From: Octopus sinensis
Taxonomy: Eukaryota
Direction: 5' to 3'
Assembly: GCF_006345805.1 (NCBI RefSeq)
Contig: NC_042999.1
Span: 98,828,001-98,892,000, forward strand
Length of the DNA: 64,000 bases
Under the pieces are notes generated by a model that saw nothing but the letters and a program-made list of their open reading frames with translations, searched no databases and was not told where the DNA came from. Within the stretch, counting starts at the first letter, position 1; every line of letters starts with the position of its first letter. Both the position numbers and the translations under genes were made by a program. This document shows, in pieces, positions 63,168 through 64,000 of this stretch.

Positions 63168-64000
63168 AATAATAATAATTAGTTCACAAGCTGGCGGAAT
63201 CATTAGCATGCCTGACAAAATGCTTGGCAGCATTTTATTAATCTTAATGTTCTGACTTCAAATACCAACAGGATCCACTTTACTTTTCATCCTGATTGAT
63301 TATCCTGAGTATGATTGCTTTCTCATTTTCTGTAACCTTTTCTGGCCTTATAATTATTATTATTGTTATTATTATTATTATTATTATTTATGTATGTATG
63401 TATGCCTGTTCCCTACAAGTTCCTTCAATTCAAATAATGAGAAAATTTTCCTATTCACCTAATAGCAATTTACTACTAAGAACTAAAAATCTTTAAAATC
63501 TATTCAACATGTTCTCAAAACCTAGCAGCTCTCTGCTGTAAAAAGATCCAATTGCTGTTTCATTCTTTTCAGACCCCTGTGTTTTCTTATCACTTTACTT
63601 TATCAATATCTGTAACACAACCTACTGCATTTATCAATAGTAAATGCTAGTGGTATTTGAAATCCATTTTACTGAAATTGTTTTATTTATTAGATCACAT
63701 ATTTAACACTTTGCTAATACTTTGTACTTCTGAATTATCTCCAGTTCACCACTCAGTTCTGATTGTGAGGTTTATCTAAGTAGCTGAGTGGTTTAGATAC
63801 AGTTTGAAGAAATACAGTGTACAGAAAGTGATGCTTCTAAGTGTTTAAGCTAACACACTTGGAAAGTTGATGCATTTTCATTTTTTTTTTAAGAAAATGT
63901 TAACACTTGTTACTGACAGTTAAAAGAAAAAGTATGGAAGTAACTAACAGTCTTAAGAGCGAGAGAAAGAGACTTCATGTGGTTGCTTGATTGAACTAGA

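Noticed and set aside
62487-63233. 248-aa ORF as a host gene with a poly-Asn tract
   Set aside because: The N-terminal 40 aa come from a SINE and the (TAA)n array; the rest is the Dong retrotransposon C-terminus.

Overview
AT-rich, repeat-dense metazoan DNA with no intact multi-exon gene I can assemble with confidence; it reads as intronic or intergenic. The repeat families and the (TA)n/(CAT)n microsatellite load resemble those I associate with Octopus genomes (inference from recall, not a database hit). Contents: (i) non-LTR retrotransposons: a young 5'-truncated RTE (10633-11871, open RT C-terminal frame), several old RTE/BovB-like fragments, many short copies of the RTE 3' tail, two R4/Dong-type elements and an L1/Tx1 3' end clustered at a (TAA)n array (60-63 kb); (ii) two degenerate mariner elements plus mariner-, piggyBac- and unclassified MITEs; (iii) tRNA-type SINEs; (iv) an unclassified 835-bp partial-tandem element; (v) a few short candidate exons. 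Nearly all ORFs in the supplied track are microsatellite or repeat noise. The most interesting signal is a set of five minimal type-I hammerhead-ribozyme motifs in four mutually unrelated short repeats (1384-1760 twice, 9308, 13677, 50220). They share a palindromic helix III and an extra A after the CUGANGA core, as in Penelope-like elements and retrozymes. Several closely spaced inverted repeats could also form long dsRNA (possible ADAR substrates).
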